From Hydrolagus affinis (lineage: Eukaryota), in NCBI GenBank assembly GCA_012026655.1, contig JAAILG010000134.1:1-64000 (forward strand): 64,000 bases of DNA. The letters run 5' to 3'. A program made the position numbers and the translations under genes. Positions 23,065-35,842 of the stretch are shown here, in pieces. Below the pieces are notes generated by a model, which saw nothing but the letters and a program-made list of their open reading frames with translations, made no database searches and had not been told where the DNA came from. Position 1 is the first letter of the stretch, and each line of letters begins with the position of its first letter.

Positions 23065-26000
23065 ACTGAGAAGATAGAAAGGACAGTTACAGAAAGTGAT
23101 GAACAAATACTCTTTTTCACTTAATATTATATATACTGTGTGAGTGGGGAGTTGAGGAAAGAAGAGAATTTTTTTGTTTTAGTTGGAAAATATATCTGGC
23201 CACAGCTGAATCATGGAGACCTGGGGATAGCTAACCCTGCTACAGTTTTGTTTCATTTGCCTTGGGAACCAGAGAGGTGTGTGCAGAACAATCCTATGGA
23301 AATTGAGTGGGACGGAGTGGAGCCCATGGCTGTGTGTGGTCGGTGGAAGGAGCAAGTTTCATGAAACCATGTGGTCATTTTTTCCTTCTGCATTTTAACA
23401 GGAGGATATTTTCCTTCAGTTTGGCATTTGCCTTCCCAGTTCCACAATGCATTCAGATACATTCAAAGATGACACACGGGGATTGCAAAGCAATCTGTTC
23501 TTCCAGTTGCCTTCACTATTCTGTCAACTTTCCAAACCTATTTGTAATGATTCAGTTAATCCATTGCCTCTTTACAACTTGTGATTTGTATAAATTGTAG
23601 GTACTCAATCATTCATACAAATGTATTTGTATTTTGAAGTTAATATGCTTTACATTGATCTGCAGTTATTGTTCTGCCACTTGGTCTGACACTTCTATCA
23701 TTGCAAATAATTTTGTAATCTAAAAATTAATATTCTGTACATTAATACCAACTGTCTCATCAAATACTCTGTCTTAGTGTTCATAATATTGTCAACACTG
23801 GACCAATGAACAAAAAGGTGGTTTAAAAATTAAGATATATTACACAATGCATAGTGTTTTATTATAAATCATTTTATGATAAAGCAGAGTCAAAAGCAAA
23901 AGTCATCTGTCTCACAGGCTTCGTGTTACCCTGCTGACACAGTTCATAAGGCAGGCACAGAAGGAATCAAAGTACAACATTTACATTCAAATGAGAAAGC
24001 TGCCATATTAATGTTTCAAGGTCAACAGCAGAAATCCACATCAATTTCGAAGTATAAGCTGGTACAGTACTTCAATTTACTGGGGTCAGTGTTAATTTTG
24101 CACAAAAGGAAATGTTAAATCCCCTTAATGTGAAAATGTAGCAATTGCTAATTTTCCTTCTGATGAGTAGCATGTTTGCCCCAGGGCAGGATACATCCAA
24201 CCCTATGTAATTTAGTTTTATTCTTCTGACCTATTATAGAGCAAAAAGGTTCTGTGAGCAGAAAACAACCTTCACTGGCTTTGGTAAACTGTCTGAGATG
24301 AGTCAGTGGGCTTTATTTGGACTCTGTTGATTCTCTACAAACTTTGAAATTTTTTGTTCCTCCCTTGTGTGGAAAATAAATGTCAATCTCTTTTTGAATA
24401 AAATGAGAGCTCGTAATTTGACATGTTGGTTGGTACCCACATTTATCATCTTCACACTGCTTTTTACATGCCCCCCTACCACCATCTCTCCTTTCTTCAC
24501 TGGCCGCTCCAATGGTGTTTTTGGAAGGAGGGAGGGAGTTCCTGGAGCAAACCAGTTCCAGCTGCAGAAGGAATAAAACAGCTGGACAGACACAAGCTGT
24601 AGTAGCAGATGGTGCTGACATGACTGACATTCTTGATCTTAGTGAAATGGTGCACATAAATTGACTGTAATTTAATTACACTAGTAGGTAATGTCTTAAT
24701 TCATAAATGTTTATTGCAAGCTGCTGTGCAAGAAATGATGTAGCCTGTCACTCCCTCACATTAATATCTGCTATTTCTTTCACTTTTATATTTCAGGAAA
24801 TGCAATTGGGATACTTTATGGTTCCCCCACTAACCACCAAATCACTAACAAAACAGAGTTAATTGGAGGTAAATTATTTTTCGCATCCATCTGTGTGAAT
24901 AAGGCAATCTGACTTGACTGGCACCACTCAAAAAAAAAGGGAAATAATTGGCCAAGATACCAGGAGAAACTTCTGTTCACAAATAATGTAATGGGAACTC
25001 TAACAACTACTTGAATAGGCAAAGATACTGATTTAACATCTTATCCAAAGAATGGCATTGGCAACAATGACTATCCTCCTAGGGAGGGAAGAAGTAAGTG
25101 CAGTCTCCTTGGAGTTGATGGATGTAAGGAGGCAAGCCTGGCAAAGAAACGTCGAAATCAAGCCAGCCCTTTGTGGCGGTATTGGTAGTCTGGCCTCTGA
25201 GCCAGGCGGATCCGGCATATTCCATGGCACTGCTGATGACAGCATAGTTAGTCTGCCTCATTGGCATGACCTGGAAAGGTAGACCAGTCACTACAGGCAG
25301 GGGTCATCCCACTCAGCTCCTGTTAAGCCTGGAAGTCAAAGCCCTAGGGGGTAGGGTGGTCCTATCTTGACAAGCAGCAGGAAAGCTTGCTGGGCTATAA
25401 TATCAGTGGTAAGCTATGTGGTTTTCGCTGGTTAGATTTCCAACAATGCAGCAAATCCCAAGTACAGCACAAGAGTGGCTGTCTGGTCCAAAGATGAAAG
25501 ATGGACGAATAAAAGAGGAAGTTTGGTTTGTCCAAGTACTGCAATGATGAACTATAACTGTATGAGGAGACAGTCATGTTTTTTATGAAGTGATTGATGA
25601 AGCATTCAATGAAGTGAGTTTGGTGGAGTTGTATCACCTTGTTGGTGCCATTGTTCATTACCACCATGACAAGTACTTTCTGAAAGGAATGCAAAATTGC
25701 TGACTGGAGATCACGCCTTGTTGTAACACTGGTTGAGATTTTAGGGACCCTGACTCCCACGTTAATAATTGGGAGGGTGGCGGGGGGGTGGAACTCCAAT
25801 CTTTATTTGGTGTCCAAGCATAATACAGAACAGAAAAAGTTCTGCAAAACCAACTTTTCACATTTGCTGCCGAACAAGACTTAACCAGTGCATTTGAAAA
25901 GCCTGACCTTTCACCGATAGCTCTGCTCAATACAGCTGTGCTATGGTTTACTCATAATTCAGTATATGAAATAAAATCATCAGCTGCAGCATAATCATCT

Positions 26001-28859
26001 TGTAACTGGCAATACTGTGAAGACAATATAAGTGAAACAAGATTTGTACTCACCAGGGTTTGTATTTTAGCACTGCTCAGCAGACTCAAATGGAAAAGCA
26101 GCAATGGGACTGAAAGCTCACTGTAATGGCAAATCAAGCAGCAATATAGCAGTGAGATTACAGAACCAGTTTAAAAAATAAACATCCAGGACAAACTCCA
26201 CAAACCAAAGATCCATTGCTGAGATTCAACTCCTATTCTTTTCAGTGTCTTTGCAAAAAACTGGGATGGACCGTGTGGCTGTGGTTACATTGATCAGGGC
26301 CTATGGCTGGAAAGAGATCAGGTGATGCTCCTGCTGTAGATGGGCAGAGTAGCGACAAGCTGTAGCAAATCAAATAACATTGATTTTATACAGCAAAAGA
26401 GTTAATTTCAAACAAGAAAAATTTTGTAGGCAGTAGTATACAGTGATTTACTATAACAGTACCAATGTTTTTCTCTGGCAGCAGTTAATGTCATCTGTCA
26501 TAAAGTCACAATAAGTAAGTTGTATCCTTACTTTACAATCATACACAATTGTTTCTTGCTCAAGCAGTCAGAAAGCGTTGCCATGAAGAAAGCTTTTACA
26601 TGAATGATCAGTCACTAGATAATGCAAGTTAATTCTTTTTTTCAGTTTTGTGTTGCATAGTCGTCAGGATCAAAGGCTGTGACCTTTAAAATTTATCATC
26701 TGAGAATAAATCATTGCTAATGAAGACAGACTATGGATCTTTTACAATGTATATATTGATCAAATCAAGAGGAGACAAAAAACTAATTTGGTGAAATCTG
26801 ACACAATGCAACAGGCTTGCAAAAGTTACTCAAGTAACACACTGTTTGAAAGACAAAAGCAAAATGTTATCAGTTGCTCAAATCATTACATTAATTGGAT
26901 TCACACTTTGAGGAAAGTTGGATGATTTAGCTTCAAACATGGAGATTTGATGTCCAGTCACAGAAAGAACTTCAAACTATTTTTCTCAGCAGTACTTCTT
27001 GAAAACACATTCTCAAGATGCAATCCGACACTCCCTGATATTATCAGAGCATGAATCAAGCCTCAAAAGAACAATGCTAAAGCATTGTGTATTTGGTGCA
27101 ACAGTGTATTATTTACAGTACAGTACTCTACTGCTTAACCACTCATGCTCAGTTGCGTTTGATGTAGAGCCTTTCAAGTTGTGAGGGTATCTCAAAATGC
27201 TTCACTGGATTCACTATGAAGTGTAACAACTGCATTTTGTAGGTGAACACACCAGCAAGAATACTCTGTATTGTGTTTCTATGACATTTCCATTCCCACT
27301 CCTCCTGACGTTGTGGCTTCCTGGCCTGAAATTTATTTCAAGGCAAAGTTTGCTTTTTTTTTGCCTAATTTTCTCACAATAATAAAGGATTGGCTGAGAT
27401 TGACTTCCACGTACTGTATTTTCAAATGCACAGCCAGAAGAGGGATCTTTGTACCATCAGTTTGGGTGAGATTGAAACGCGAATGGTTGGTAAGTTTCCC
27501 ACTTTGACACCTCATTACCTTTCTTGAAACATATCAAAACTGTTGAATTTCTAAATTCCACAAATCCCCAAATGTGTGATGGCACATATGATGTAAAAAT
27601 TATTTAAAAATTCAAAGAAATATTTGCAACTTATTATGCTATCCATCGTGAAAGTGTGGAATAGATCATCAATGAACAAATAGTACAAATATACTGTAAA
27701 TACAATCAGCAGCGATGACTGATATTTGCAAATAAATGGAAGTATTGAAATGCATCCTAGTTGTTATGAAATCATTTTAAATTGCCTTGTCTTTTAAAAA
27801 TCAATTTTTCCCTTGAGTGGCTTACTGCCATAGAATTAAGATAGTGATGGAAAGATAATTATTGGTACATTTTCAGTTCATGAGAATAAGCACGTTGATT
27901 ATTAGCAATCTTGTAAAGAGTTTTTTTTAAAAGAACAAAAGGGGTGAGGGCTGAGTTCTTCACTCTAGAAAGGATATTTCTGAGATCTGCGGGAATTTAT
28001 AACACAATGTCTTCTTGAGGCAAGTCACAATAGCATTTCAAAAAGTGATTACACTTCCAGATCACAGCACATTAATTAAACTCCTTTCTTTTTAAAACAG
28101 GTCAATCATTCAGAACAGTTTAAAAAGCTTAAAAAGATCATTTAACTGAGGTACAATATGCTAGGCATGCAATATTTAACACCATTAATCTTAATCTAGC
28201 ATACTATAAATATAAGTTAAGACAGATTTCATTTCAGGCTTCCTTCCAGTGTGAGTTGCAATATTAATAATTTTCTTTTGAGATGTAAACTAAAAAACTC
28301 AAAGGTGATTTGAATAAATCCATACCCGTGTTCCAAACATTTTCAATTAGTTTAACTTATTGGAGTGTCACATAAAAGTGATTTATTTTGATAAGGTTTG
28401 GTTTCCCAAAAAGAACTTTTTAAAGAGCAAGTGTCACTATCAGACCCCTTTATGGATATCAAACAGGGCATTAAAACACCTGGGAATGACAATGATGTGA
28501 CAAGGCAACAAAGCAGATCTAAACTGTCAAACCAGTGGTCCAAATCACACCTCTAAAAGAACTGAACTTAAATTTATGATGTAGCTAAATTAAGGAGAGA
28601 TAAGGGAACCTGTTGGGAGATGCTGTTCCTGGGAACTTATGTCCAATTCACAAAGCAAAATATATGGGAGGAGCATGCAATTTACAAGTGAGAAGCTGAA
28701 GAAGATATAGGGATGGAAGTTCACTCAATTCTCATTAGTAATAAACAATGTGATACATTGTCAAATTAGTTAAATTCAAATCCCAGAATTTATGCTGAAA
28801 CCGTCTTGAGCTCTGACTAGACCATATGTAAATTACTGTGAACAGCTTTGGTTGTCATA

Positions 28860-29490
28860 ACATAAGAAGGTCAAGGCTCTTGAGAAGGTGTAGAGAGTTA
28901 CAAGGCTGATCCCAATCGCTTGAGGAACGAATAATAAAAGGTGACTAGATCAACTTCTTAAACCTCAAAAAGAAATATTTTAGTATACCTTGCCTGAGAC
29001 AATTAATGGAATGAAAAATAAATAGGCAGCAATATATTTGAATATGCTAAGGCAGAGGCTTCAAAACTTTGAATAACAGTGCCCCCCCATAACTCAGCAA
29101 CTATTTCGTTGCGCCCACCCTCCATCACACTGGGCTCCGCACACTCGGGTCCTCGGCTCTGCCTCGGCTCCGCCTTAGCTCCACAGGCACTCGGGGGCTC
29201 GAGATTCTAAAGCTCCGTGCCCCCCCAGCCAATGGTATGCGCCCCGGGGTACACGCCCCACAGTTTGGAAATCACTGCACTAAGGTAACAAGACAGGACT
29301 GCACAGGTTCAAGGATACATTTCTATGCACAGAGAAATCCATAGCCACAGTTAGTTACAAGGAAACATGGTAGAGGCAAATTCACTATTTATTTTTAAAA
29401 CTGCTCGACACTCTAATAGGAAGATGGCAGGATTGCTATTTTGGAAGAGTGAGATCAAATGGGCTGAAGGACCTTATACATCTGAATTGC
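28860..29490 (+). mobile_element. Degraded CR1 3' region interrupted by a hAT MITE
   Basis: ggctcttgagaaggtgtagagagttacaaggctgatccc (LEKVQRR.TRLIP-like)...tggtagaggcaaa...gatcaaatgggctgaaggacct 3' end. Confidence 0.5.
29053..29277. mobile_element. hAT (Charlie-like) MITE, 225 bp
   Basis: Imperfect TIRs CAGAGGCTTCAAAACT / AGTTTGGAAATCACTG; 8-bp TSD TGCTAAGG (29045-52) / CACTAAGG (29278-85); GC-rich interior with subterminal GCCCCCC motifs. Confidence 0.8.
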
Positions 29491-30271
29491 TCTTGTGATC
29501 TCGTGAAGGTGGCAGCAATTGTTAAATGCAAACAAAACACATCACCTTCTGTGCTAATTGGAAAACTATTCCTGAAGGCATGAAATGAATTCATGCGGAA
29601 CTTATCAATATTACACTTCCATCCTTCACTACTGTTCATTGTGTAACCTTTCAATTAAATGCTATGATTGGATACAATTAAAGTAATGCAGTTAAATGGC
29701 AAACGTAGTGATCGTTATGAATTATTGTTTAAATATCAAACCTGGAATCCTAATTCACATTGCTGCATATATTAGAATGTTTACTCAGAACAGCAAAGAC
29801 AGCAAATCATCCAAACCTACCAGTGAAATCCTGTGATTACAATTTCTACATACAGTATTTTATTTATATTCCTTTCAAGGGGAAAAAAGGGCTCAATATA
29901 GTCTAAATGAGATTTACAGTGCGATGAGCGCTGAGAGTTGTTGGGATGGAGCAAATGTGTTTGAATAGAATCTGATTAAAGCCAGAAAGATGGAGAAATT
30001 GAATCCTGTACAGTAACAGAAAGAATATAAGGTGCTTTCAAATCAGACTTCTCTAAATTCCAAAGTTGCGGAATAATGTGCAAGTTTCCAGAATTAACTG
30101 GTGCCCAGAGAATATGGGCACCAGTATCAAAGTCACACAGATACAGTTTTCACTTTAAATTGGCATAAATGGCAGTTTTAAGAAAATCAGGATCTCTGGT
30201 ACGTTCCCATTCCTATACTGAAAATACCCTTCCTGGACTCAGATAAATGTTCACACCAAAGGAATCCAATT

Positions 30272-32430
30272 AACAACAACTTCGATTTATATAATGCCCT
30301 CCACGCCGGACGGCATCTCAAATATTTAAACAATAATCCACAGTGGCGGATCCCGGGACTGAGCCAGGGGCAGGGGTAGAAAGGTGACCAAAGACGCGGT
30401 CGAAGAGAAAGATCTGCAGCTGTGACCTGAAACTGGGAAGAGAGGGGGCAAAGCGAAGGGAGTGAGGAAGGGAGTTCCAGAGCCTCGGGGCGTAGTGGCT
30501 GAAGGCACGGCTGCTGAGGGTGGAGCGGAGGATTCGGGGGACATGGACAAAGCCAGACCTGGTGGAGCAAAGGTAGCGGGTGCTGGTTTGGGGAGAGAGA
30601 TCAGAGAGGTAGGGGGGTGCTGAGGAGTGGAGGAACTTGAAAACAAGGGTGAGGATCTTGAAGTCGATCCTCTCTGGGATAGGGAGCCAGTGAAGTCTGG
30701 CAAGGACTGGGGTAATGGGGGAGCGAAGCTTGGTGGGGTGGCAGAATATGCGGGCGGCAGAGTTTTGAATCAGCTGGATTTTGTGGATTGTAGTGGAGGG
30801 GAGACCGGTGAGGAGGGCATTGCAATAGTCCAGCCGAGAGGTGACAAAGGCATGGACCAAGGTTTCAGCGGCTTTTGGGGTGAGATATTGGTGGAGAAGG
30901 GCGATTCGTCAGAGGTGGAAGAAGGCGGTGCTGGTGAGGGACCGGATGTGGGGGAGGAAGGACAGTTGGCAGCCGAACTCGACGCCTAGGTTGCGCACAG
31001 GTTCGGAGAGTTGTAGGGACAAGCTGGGAAGGTGGAGGAGGTGAGAGCCATGCGAATGGACACATTGACAAGAGCTAAAGAGTATGGCTTCCGTCTTGTC
31101 GACATTCAGCTGCAGGAAGTTTGCACTCATCCAGCTCCTGATATCTGACAGGCAGGCTGACAGAAGATCAGGGGACTGGGGGGTCGCAAAGTGAAGTGGA
31201 AAAGTAGAGTTGGGTGTCATCAGCATACATGTGGAAGTCTGCCCCATGTCTGCGGAAGACATCCCCAAGAGGGAGCATGTAGATGAGGAAGAGGAGGGGG
31301 CCGAGGATGGATCCCTGGGGTACCCCACAGGTAACCGGGTAAGAGCAGGAGGAAAAGCCGTTTGTGGAGATGTACTGCTGGCGGATTGTGAGGTAGGAGT
31401 TGAACCAGGCTAGTGCGGTCCCACTGAGGTGGATGACGGAGGACAGGCAGTGGAGGAGGAGAATGGTGTGGTCGACTGTGTGGAATGCAGCGGACAGGTC
31501 CAGAAGGATAAGGAGGCAGAGGAAGCCATGGTCACAGATAGAGAGGACATTGTTTGTGATTTTCACAAGCGCAGTCTCTGTACTGTGGGCAGGGCGGAAA
31601 CCGGACTGGAGGGGATCGGACTGGAGGGGTTCGAAGAGGGAGTGGGAGGAGAGGTGGGCGCGGAGTTGGTTGGCAACAACGCGTTCGAGTGCTTTGGAAA
31701 GGAAGGGCAGGTTAGAGATAGGGTGGTAGTGCTAGGGTTTGAGGGATCAAGGGAAGGTTTTTTAAGGAGGTGGGTGATGCAGCAGTTTTGAGGGGGGCAG
31801 GGACTGATCCTGTGGAGAGGGACTGGTTGATGATGTCAGCCAGCTCAGGCATCCTCATTTGGAGGAGGGCAGAGGAGGGGGAGCTGGGTGAGCAGTAGAC
31901 TGGTCGGGAGGGGGTCGAGTTAGCAGGCGGTGGGCTTCATTGAGGTAATGGTGTGTGAGAGGGAGGAAGGAGAGACAGGGGAGAAGGAGTGTAGGAAGGG
32001 GGTCATGGTAGGAGCTGATGATGGGGAGGGTGAGGGGGATGGAAAGGGGGTGGTGGTGGGCGACGAAAGGCAGGAGGATGACGCTGCCTGGCGGATATTT
32101 TGAATTTTGGACGAGAAGAAGTCCATGATCTCTCCTCGCACTTCGTGTTTGAAGTGAAGATTGAGGATGCCTGAGGGGACGCACGGAGGAGATGGTGGGT
32201 GGTGGAAAAGAGGACTTTGGAGTTGTTATTTACCTCCAGGATGATGTTAGAATTGTAAGCCGTTTTTGCGTGCGACAAAGAACAGCGATAGCTGTGGAGA
32301 TGCTAGAGCCACAGTTGGTGGTGAACTGTGAGGCCGGTTTTCTGCCACCTGCGCTCGAGCAGCCAGGTTTTGGTTTTTAGGGAGCGGAGATGAGTGTTGT
32401 ACCAGGGGGAGTGGGTGGGTTTGGAGATGG
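30272..32430 (-). mobile_element. 5'-truncated, frameshifted L2 LINE (RT ORF2 pseudogene)
   Basis: Minus-strand ORF pieces give [87 protein letters not shown]; (TTG)n tail at 30272. Confidence 0.95.
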
Positions 32431-33182
32431 AATAGTGTGATCAATAGTTTGAAGACTATTGACCGGATAAAACTATAAATGTATTGCATTTAGTTTCAGA
32501 AACAAATATTCTCGGCAACTTTACTTAGGTTGACTCATTCACCTACTTTTCCCTGAAGGCTCCCAGATTTCTCCCAAATTACATCATTACAGGTATCACT
32601 TCTCTCTGTGGATTCTGCAGTCTAGGTACCAATAATAATAATAATATTACCGAGTTCCACAAATACAGTGCACAATGGGACTACCTTTTTAATGTTATGA
32701 TATTTCAGTGTGCATAATACATTGCATTTTGAACTGAAAGTAATTCACATTGAACACTAATTATGCTAATGAAATTGGTAATCTACTCTGCAAGGACAAG
32801 ATTTCAGGGAAAAACCTTTCACGTGATTGATGCTGCTTTATATCATCACAAGGCTGACTGGTGTGGACCAAGCAGATTTCTGTTGCTGTCTCATCACCAT
32901 ACTGTATTTGATAGTGCAAATTCCAGCAGGAGAACGGAGTCTAGAGTCTTGGAAATAGTAGCCGTACCCAAGGTATTTGAGAGGCAAAAATTATGATAAT
33001 AAGAATGAGACACCTGTGTAGTTAAAAATATATACTTTCAACTGAAATAGTGAGGCTTAGTTTATAATCAAGTCCCAGTTATGGATGATTGCTTCAATTC
33101 TGTCATCTGTTGTGGAAACATCCTTGGCTATGGTTATATTTTGGTTTACATCTACAGATCTTTTCTTTGTCTACGTGGTGAC

Positions 33183-33266
33183 ATCAATCAAATCAATCAA
33201 ATCAATCAAATCAATCAATCAAAACATATTTATATAGCGCCTTTCAAGTCGCCCAAGGCGCTGTAC
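33183..33266 (-). mobile_element. L2-type 3' tail with (ATCAATCAA)n terminal repeat
   Basis: About four copies of atcaatcaa, then aacatatttatatagcgcctttcaagtcgcccaaggcgctg. Confidence 0.7.
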
Positions 33267-33324
33267 AGTTAGGTAGGGACAAGAGCAGGGGGTGGAATGG
33301 TCAGGGCAGGATGAAGAAGAGTAG

Positions 33325-33410
33325 GAAAATTGACTGTATATTTGTGGGCGAAACGTGGCAGCCAAATTGCGCACAGCAGTGTCCCACAAACAGTCATGGA
33401 AGTGGTCATA
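33325..33410 (-). mobile_element. SINE internal fragment
   Basis: aattgactgtatatttgtgggcgaaacgtggcagccaaattgcgcacagcagtgtcccacaaacagtcatgga. Confidence 0.75.
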
Positions 33411-34038
33411 GGTCTGACATAGGTCAGTGGTGCATAATTCTCAAAACCGTACACAATATTCAGCATGCAGGGTAATTGATGTGGGATAATTGTTAACAGA
33501 AGCAAAAGAACAAATAACCCCAATTGTAGGTGTCCACCTCTGAGAAATCTGGCCCTTTGTGAGGGATAACAATTCTAACAAAAAACACAATGTTACATCC
33601 TTAAATCAGAAAATTCATAGAGGTGCTCATTCCTCTCAAATACAGTATACTGCTACAGCGCATTTCTGATTATTGCTTTGAAGTAATCAGTGTATAGATC
33701 AATGCACTATAATGCATGCGTAATCTACACATACACACACACAATGTTACAAGAGCTAAGAGCAAAGGAGAAAGAGACCTTGCTTACTTATTAAGAATAA
33801 TTATCCCCTGTAGCTCCTTTGGCTTAGGCATTGATACAGAGGCCTCAGTCACAGCAGCATGTCTTATGCCTCTGCTTGGAGAGGAAGAATGATATTATTC
33901 TATTTGTAATGACTGGAGCAGCCGAGACCACTTTTAATACCCAGATTTGCGAAAGCTAAACTCGAGGCTAAATCCAGTATTTCAGAGATTCTCATTCATT
34001 TCTTTTAACAAGGATTATTTGAGGATGGTTTTGCTTCT

Positions 34039-34090
34039 CAACAACAAAATTACATTTCTATAGCGCATTTCATGTTGGGACGACGTCCCA
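34039..34090 (-). mobile_element. L2 3' tail-only fragment
   Basis: caacaacaaaattacatttctatagcgcatttcatgttgggacgacgtccca. Confidence 0.75.
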
Positions 34091-35769
34091 GAAGGAAAAG
34101 TAAGTTAACTTTGGTCTGATGTTAATTCTTTTGCCGTAGTCAGAGTTTTTATCGTGTTACTGTGGTTAAACAAAAATACTTCAGTGAGAAAGGGACAAAT
34201 GGCATGTTGAGTAAATAAATATGATTGATAAACAAAATACAGTCATTACACTTTATGAAAAATCATGTGAAGTGCTTAGAGAAGACTTGGGAGGCTTTGA
34301 GACGTCCCCCTGAATTGAAAGGAGCTTTATAAAATTCAAACATTATTAAATATAATCATTAAGCAACATCGGGCAGGAGCAATATTTTAAGGGAATCTTA
34401 GACATATTTTTTCCTGCAAAAAAATGAAGTGCAAATGAAGCTCGGGTATTCATCAAAAGGAGATGAAGGGGGAATCAGAGGGAAAGTGACTCCAATCCCT
34501 TTCAATTAATCAGCAGTGGTTTGTTCACACAGTTTCTTGTTGCAAATATTCAGTGATCACTCCCCTCATAGAGACACTGGGATGCACCATTTGTGACTCA
34601 GAGTCTCTGTTAAGGATTAATGCCTGTTACAAATCACTGAGATTCAGATGGAGATCAAGATGGGGTGTTTTGGGCAGTACACCAGTGAAGCTATTTTATT
34701 TCTGCTTCCCAATATAGAATTCTGTTTAAAAGCACAGAACAAGTCATTCTACTGATGAGACATTAATAAATAATGTGAAATTCTGTCCAGTTTTAACAGC
34801 CACAGGCAGGAAAACACCCATATTTTGCCCGATCAAAAGCTTGTTGGCATTGACTGCAATCACAATCTAAATCTTCCACTGAGATTCTATGGAAATGGCA
34901 AAAATGCAATACCTTTTCACAGTATTATCAAGTGCAAATGGTCAATGTACAAAATGGACTTAGGACTGATGGTAAATAATTTTTGCTGTTTGGGAATCTC
35001 TCAATTTCAATCTGAGCAATTATTTTGTCATTTGCTTTCATTAGTAGACAGTTAGTTAAAATTAAATTCCCTAATTGGTTGGCTGGTGACAATAGAACCA
35101 ATTCCCATCAGAGACCTGCATTATAAGAAAACAATTTAAATACCAGAGCAGGAACCCACAGTCTTAAAGTGACTGCTTACAAATTGAATGGACATCTAAA
35201 AGCTGGTTACTGTATAAATCAGATTATTTGGGGCAATGGAAAGCGACTCCACTTTACAGGAATCATTTGCAACATCCTGCATCTTAGCAAGTCCTTCACG
35301 GTTTTTTTCTGTCAGTATTTTAAGTTGTTTCCATATGTATCGTATTGGAAGACATGCATTGCATTGTTTGCACATGAAAGCATGGAACAACATCTTTCAG
35401 CAGGGTCTATTTTCAGGACACAGGTTCAGAATTGTGGAGGGATATTTCTAGGATAGACAACAGAAATTATTCTTTTACATAAAGAAAAACAAATAACAAC
35501 TGAAAAGTGGTTGAGACCCAGACAGACGGGATTCAACTCTGTTAAAAAAAACAGCTGGATGAAGCAAATGATAAACTGAAGGGTTAGTTTCCAGAAGGAT
35601 GATATCAAATGAGGTGAGGGATCCACTTCTGTCTTGTGTAATCTCTTATGATAAATAATCTGTGGAAGCGCTTGTTCCCAATTCAGGAACAATGGTCACT
35701 GAAGTTCATGTGACAAAAACAAATTGACCAGATAAACAAGGCAGAACAATGTTAAATATCAAAAAATTA

Positions 35770-35842
35770 ATGCAAAATATATTTCAGATGCTGGAAGTCT
35801 AAAACAAAAACAGCAATTGCTGGGAACACTCGGCAGGTCAAC
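35770..35842 (+). mobile_element. Penelope-like arm fragment
   Basis: gcaaaatatatttcagatgctggaagtctaaaacaaaaacagcaattgctgggaacactcggcaggtca; reverse complement of 40225-40295 and similar to 5540-5632. Confidence 0.55.

Noticed and set aside
23876-24118. KQSQKQKS resembling the CACNB AKQKQKS microexon
   Set aside because: No flanking splice sites; low-complexity coincidence.
30627-31791. Plus-strand E/G/V-rich ORFs
   Set aside because: Antisense shadows of the C-rich L2 ORF2.
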